From an uncultured delta proteobacterium (GTDB lineage Bacteria; Desulfobacterota; Binatia; UBA9968): 64,000 nt of DNA. Below the pieces are notes generated by a model. The model saw only the letters and a list, made by a program, of their open reading frames with translations, had not been told where the DNA came from and searched no databases. A program made the position numbers and the translations under genes. The DNA lies in contig CAVTUQ010000015.1 in the NCBI GenBank assembly GCA_963737905.1, forward strand, positions 34,290-98,289, read 5' to 3'. Positions 60,288 to 64,000 of this stretch are shown one piece after another; the stretch's first letter is position 1; every line of letters starts with the position of its first letter.

Positions 60288-60902
60288 ATGAAACGCTTTG
60301 AATGTTTACAGGCCATTGCGACTCTAGTCAAAGACGAGCTTTTTGTCACTACGGCGGGCGGCGCCACATCGGAGTGGAATGCGGTGAGACCGAACGATGC
60401 CAACATCCAGGTCAAGACGTTGGGCCTTTGTTCTTCGATCGGTCTGGGGCTAGCGCTCTCTCTCCCAAAGCGCAAAGTTTTCGTCTTCGACGGCGACGGC
60501 GCGCTTTGGATGAATCTCGGCTCGCTAGCGACCATCGCTCTGCATCAGCCGAAGAATCTGATCCACATCTGCTGGGACAACCAGCAGTACGAATCTTCCG
60601 GGGGCGAGCCGACAGTCTCGACCATCGGAAAGATCGACTTTGCCGGGATCGCGCAAAGCGCGGGTATCCAAAGTGCGCGCGCGGTCTCGACCGTCGATGA
60701 GTTGAAAGAGGCCGTCAGCCATGCCCTGGGCCACGATGGACCGCATTTCATCTGGGCCCGCATCGAAGCCGGCAGAGCCGAGGCGCCGCCGCTACGTTAC
60801 GATGAGCTGGAGAACAAGTACCGCTTCATCCGGCATATCGAGGAGACCGAAGGAATCAATATTCTACGCGTATCGCCACCGGCCAGTTACCAGCTTAAAT
60901 AG
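60288..60902 (+). CDS. comE: Sulfopyruvate/phosphonopyruvate decarboxylase beta subunit-like
   Basis: TPP motif DGDGALWMNLG..DN..YESSG. Confidence 0.8.
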   Translation: MKRFECLQAIATLVKDELFVTTAGGATSEWNAVRPNDANIQVKTLGLCSSIGLGLALSLPKRKVFVFDGDGALWMNLGSLATIALHQPKNLIHICWDNQQYESSGGEPTVSTIGKIDFAGIAQSAGIQSARAVSTVDELKEAVSHALGHDGPHFIWARIEAGRAEAPPLRYDELENKYRFIRHIEETEGINILRVSPPASYQLK

Positions 60903-60983
60903 TGGAGAATTGCTACGGCGCCGGGCTTGTCGCTGTCCGGAAGTACAAACGGTGCATTGATCCACTGGAAAAGTAAACGCATC

Positions 60984-61007
60984 TGGAGTACTGGAGTGGT
61001 GGAGTAG
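60984..61007. repeat. 8-bp period repeat TGGAGTnn x3
   Basis: tggagtac tggagtgg tggagtag. Confidence 0.65.
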
Positions 61008-61025
61008 TAGAAAGGATCAGATGCT

Positions 61026-62741
61026 ATGCCGAAGATCACACTCAACAATGTTACAGTCTCAGATGCTTATATGGCTTTACTGGCCGACCGGGGGATCGAC
61101 TACTGGTTTGCCAACGCGGGGACCGATTTCGCGCCGGTGGTCGAAACGTTGGCAAAGGCGCAGATGTTGGAAACAAAAGTTCCGAAGCCCGTGACCTGTC
61201 CGCACGAGAATACCGCCATGCACATGGCCATCGGCTACTTCCTGGTCACGGGACGCCCCCAGGCGGTCATGGTGCACGTCAACGTCGGCACCGCCAACGG
61301 GATGAACGGCCTGCTCAACGCGGCGCGGGGTCACGTGCCGGTTTTGTTCACAGCGGGCCGAACTCCGACTAACGAAGACGGACTAGCCGGTCATCGCAGC
61401 CTGGATATTCACTGGACGCAAGAGATGTTCGATCAGGCGGGAATGCTGCGCGAGTCGGTCAAATGGGACTATGAATTGCGCAACGGCCAGCAGCTCGAAA
61501 CGGTCGTCGACAGGGCGCTCACAATCGCCAAGAGCGAGCCCATGGGTCCCGTCTATCTTTCTTTGCCGCGGGAGGTACTCTCGCAGCCGATGGCTGAGTT
61601 CACCTACACCACTCCATCGCGTCAACATGCGGCGGCTCCGGCGTTTCCCAACGGCGGCGCAGTCGAAGAGGTGGCTGAGCTCCTTGCGGGTGCGGAGAAT
61701 CCATTGATCATCACGAGCTCGGCCGGTAGAGACCCGAAAGCCTGGTCGGCACTCGCCGACTTCACCGAGCGCTATGCGATCCCGGTGATTCAGTATCGTA
61801 ACCGTTACATGTCGATTCCCAGCAACCATCCGATGAATTTGGGCTATGAGCTTTCACCCCTGCTGGAAAAGGCCGATGTCATTCTGGCGGTCGATGTCCC
61901 CGTGCCATGGCTGCCGGCCTACGACAAGGTACGCGACGACGCGAAGGTCATCCACATGGGCCCTGACCCGCTGCATGGATACGTGCCGGTGCGGGGTCAT
62001 CCTTGCGACATCGCATTAGCCTGCGCGACCGCAGAAGGTTTGCAGGTGCTGAACGAAACTATGGCCGAGCACGAGGCTGGAGCAAAACTACGCACCGACA
62101 GGCGCCGCGCTTCACTCGCCGAGAGCTGGAGAGCGCTGCGCGACGGTTGGCGAAAGAAACTAGAGTCGGTCAAAGGCCAGTCGCCGATCCATCCAGCGTG
62201 GATCACCCATTGCATTAACGAAATCAAAGACGAAGATACCATCGTCATCAAAGAATCGCCGCTGATGCCGGAGCATATCGATTTCTCCAAGCCCGCCACC
62301 ATGTTTAACGCGGGGGCCGCATCGGGGCTCGGTCACGGCCTGGGCTGCGCGCTGGGCGCAAAGCTAGCGGCGCGCGATCGGCTGGTCATTGGCACACACG
62401 GGGACGGCTCGTATATGTTCGGCAATCCGATCTCGGCGCACTACGTCGGCGCCGAGCAGGAGCTGCCGGTGTTGACGGTGCTCTTTAACAATCAGCGCTG
62501 GCAGGCGGTGCGCCGGGCGACGGTGGGACTCAATCGCGAGGGCTTCGCGGCCAAGAGTCAGCACCAGCCCATCACATTTCTGGATAGCATCTCGAATTAC
62601 CAAAAGGCCGTCGAGGTTGCCGACGGCTACGGCGAAAAAGTTACCGATGCAGCCGAAGTGATGCCGGCACTCGAGCGCGGTCTTCGTGCAGTGAGTGTGG
62701 AGAAACGCCAGGCGGTCATTAACATCATTTGTTCGGCGTAG
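61026..62741 (+). CDS. Thiamine pyrophosphate-requiring enzyme (acetolactate synthase-like family)
   Basis: NAGTDF, PHENTA, HVNVGTAN, GDGSY..NN. Confidence 0.9.
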   Translation: MPKITLNNVTVSDAYMALLADRGIDYWFANAGTDFAPVVETLAKAQMLETKVPKPVTCPHENTAMHMAIGYFLVTGRPQAVMVHVNVGTANGMNGLLNAARGHVPVLFTAGRTPTNEDGLAGHRSLDIHWTQEMFDQAGMLRESVKWDYELRNGQQLETVVDRALTIAKSEPMGPVYLSLPREVLSQPMAEFTYTTPSRQHAAAPAFPNGGAVEEVAELLAGAENPLIITSSAGRDPKAWSALADFTERYAIPVIQYRNRYMSIPSNHPMNLGYELSPLLEKADVILAVDVPVPWLPAYDKVRDDAKVIHMGPDPLHGYVPVRGHPCDIALACATAEGLQVLNETMAEHEAGAKLRTDRRRASLAESWRALRDGWRKKLESVKGQSPIHPAWITHCINEIKDEDTIVIKESPLMPEHIDFSKPATMFNAGAASGLGHGLGCALGAKLAARDRLVIGTHGDGSYMFGNPISAHYVGAEQELPVLTVLFNNQRWQAVRRATVGLNREGFAAKSQHQPITFLDSISNYQKAVEVADGYGEKVTDAAEVMPALERGLRAVSVEKRQAVINIICSA

Positions 62742-62890
62742 GGTCTTTAGCACGCTGTTATTCTGAACCCAGCGGATGAGACGCGCCGGACGAACTTTTA
62801 TTGGTACATGACAGTGAACGTGTTTGGATTTACTGACTCCAATTTTCTGATTGCACAACATTGATGATGCGCACAGTGAATGGAGGTTGC

Positions 62891-64000
62891 ATGTCTCCTC
62901 TAAACTCCGCTGGATTTACGATTTTCGGTCTGGTTTTGCTGGCGGCGAGTGAATCGGTTTTGGCAATAGGCAAACCAGCAGCACGCCAGGATACCAACGC
63001 ATGCTACAAATCGACCAAACCGGACCTTGCTATCAGTTATTGCACTCAGATGATCGCGTCAGGGCGGCTCTCAGGGAAAGGGCTGGGGTTCGCCTTCTAC
63101 AAGCGGGGCAACGCCTACAATGAAAAGGGCGATTACGACCAGGCGATCCAGGACTACGATCAAGCGATCCGGCTGAATCCTGGGCACGCCACCGCCTTCT
63201 CCAACCGTGGCGTCGCCTACGCAAACAAGAAGGATTACGACCGCGCCATCCAGGACTACGATCAAGCGATCCGGCTGAATCCTAAACACGACGATGCTTT
63301 TTCCAACCGTGGTGTCGCCTACGCTCGCAAGGGGGATTACGACCGAGCGATTCAGAATTACGATCAGGCGATCCGGTTGAATCCTAAACACGCCAACGCC
63401 TTTTATGATCGAGGCAATGCCTATCGGCGCAAGGGGGATTACGACCGGGCGATTCAGAATTACGATCAGGCGATCCGGTTGAATCCCAAACACGCCAATG
63501 CCTTTTCCAATCGTGGCGTCGCCTACGGGCGCAAGGGCGATTACGATCGAGCGATTCAGAACTACGATCAAGCGATTCGGTTGAATCCCAACTACGTCAA
63601 TGCCTTCCATAACCGGGGTAATGCCTACCGGCGGAAGCGAGATTATGAAAGGGCTGTGCTGGACTACGATCAAGTGATCCGGTTAAATCCAAAGCATGCC
63701 AATGCCTACTCGAACCGGGGACTCATGCGCTTTTATCAGAGGCAGTTTACAGAAGCGGCGCCAGACTTTTCTCAGGCTGTGCAATTGGCGCCGAGCAATT
63801 TGTACCGCGTTCTGCTCCTTTACCTCGCGCAGGCACGGGCGGGAAGCGATGCTCAAGACGGTCTAGAGCAGGCGACGGTAGGTGTAGATCTAAAGGAATG
63901 GCCTGGTCCGATAGCTTCCATGTATCTGGGCAAAGTGCCGGAGCAGGCCGTTTTCGATGCCGCTGCCGATGCCGATCCAACCAGGCAGCGCCAAAAGCGC
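62891..64000 (+). CDS. Secreted TPR protein with NlpI-like C-terminus (runs off the window; absent from the ORF track)
   Basis: GGAGG RBS, signal-like N-terminus, six near-identical 34-aa repeats (AFSNRGVAY..KGDYDRAIQ.YDQAIRLNP), then WPGPIASMYLG. Confidence 0.9.
   Translation, partial: MSPLNSAGFTIFGLVLLAASESVLAIGKPAARQDTNACYKSTKPDLAISYCTQMIASGRLSGKGLGFAFYKRGNAYNEKGDYDQAIQDYDQAIRLNPGHATAFSNRGVAYANKKDYDRAIQDYDQAIRLNPKHDDAFSNRGVAYARKGDYDRAIQNYDQAIRLNPKHANAFYDRGNAYRRKGDYDRAIQNYDQAIRLNPKHANAFSNRGVAYGRKGDYDRAIQNYDQAIRLNPNYVNAFHNRGNAYRRKRDYERAVLDYDQVIRLNPKHANAYSNRGLMRFYQRQFTEAAPDFSQAVQLAPSNLYRVLLLYLAQARAGSDAQDGLEQATVGVDLKEWPGPIASMYLGKVPEQAVFDAAADADPTRQRQKR
63092..63720 (+). repeat. 102-bp coding tandem repeat (TPR units)
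   Basis: Recurring gattacgacc..gcgatccagga/aactacgatcaagcgatccggctgaatcc with a 102-bp period. Confidence 0.9.

Noticed and set aside
63071-63673. 200-aa repetitive minus-strand ORF
   Set aside because: It is the antisense shadow of the TPR gene.
63092-63720. Regular repeats resembling a CRISPR array
   Set aside because: The whole 102-bp unit is conserved and in frame as TPR motifs; there are no unique spacers and no cas genes.

Overview
This is a bacterial chromosomal window dominated by catabolic genes. The gene content suggests a Binatia/deltaproteobacterial-type genome, which is an inference only. After pgsA and tRNA-Gly comes a ~24 kb block with four full UbiD-family genes plus one truncated copy, two bicupins, three tandem Fe3+/thiamine-type binding proteins, a PaoABC/HcrCAB-like Mo enzyme, two TAXI-fold proteins without signal peptides, an amidohydrolase, a heme-oxygenase-like diiron protein and a DapA-family lyase. 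Two of the UbiDs lack the catalytic Arg. The middle holds CoA-transferases and an operon of three crotonases, an ADP-forming CoA ligase, a third bicupin and an orphan His-rich EutA-like protein. The right part has a MacAB-like exporter, tag, sigma54-preceded TadE/TadE/TadG, a beta-carbonic anhydrase, a dnaE2 relic and tRNA-Glu/Lys. It also has a 3.1 kb sulfatase islet that duplicates the 5' half of tRNA-Arg(CCT), ComDE-like and TPP enzymes, and an NlpI-like TPR gene running off the end. Many intergenic gaps carry REP-like palindromes or 7/8/9-bp periodic repeats. Several genes are split by single-base insertions that look like sequencing errors. All calls come from motif reading, with no database searches.
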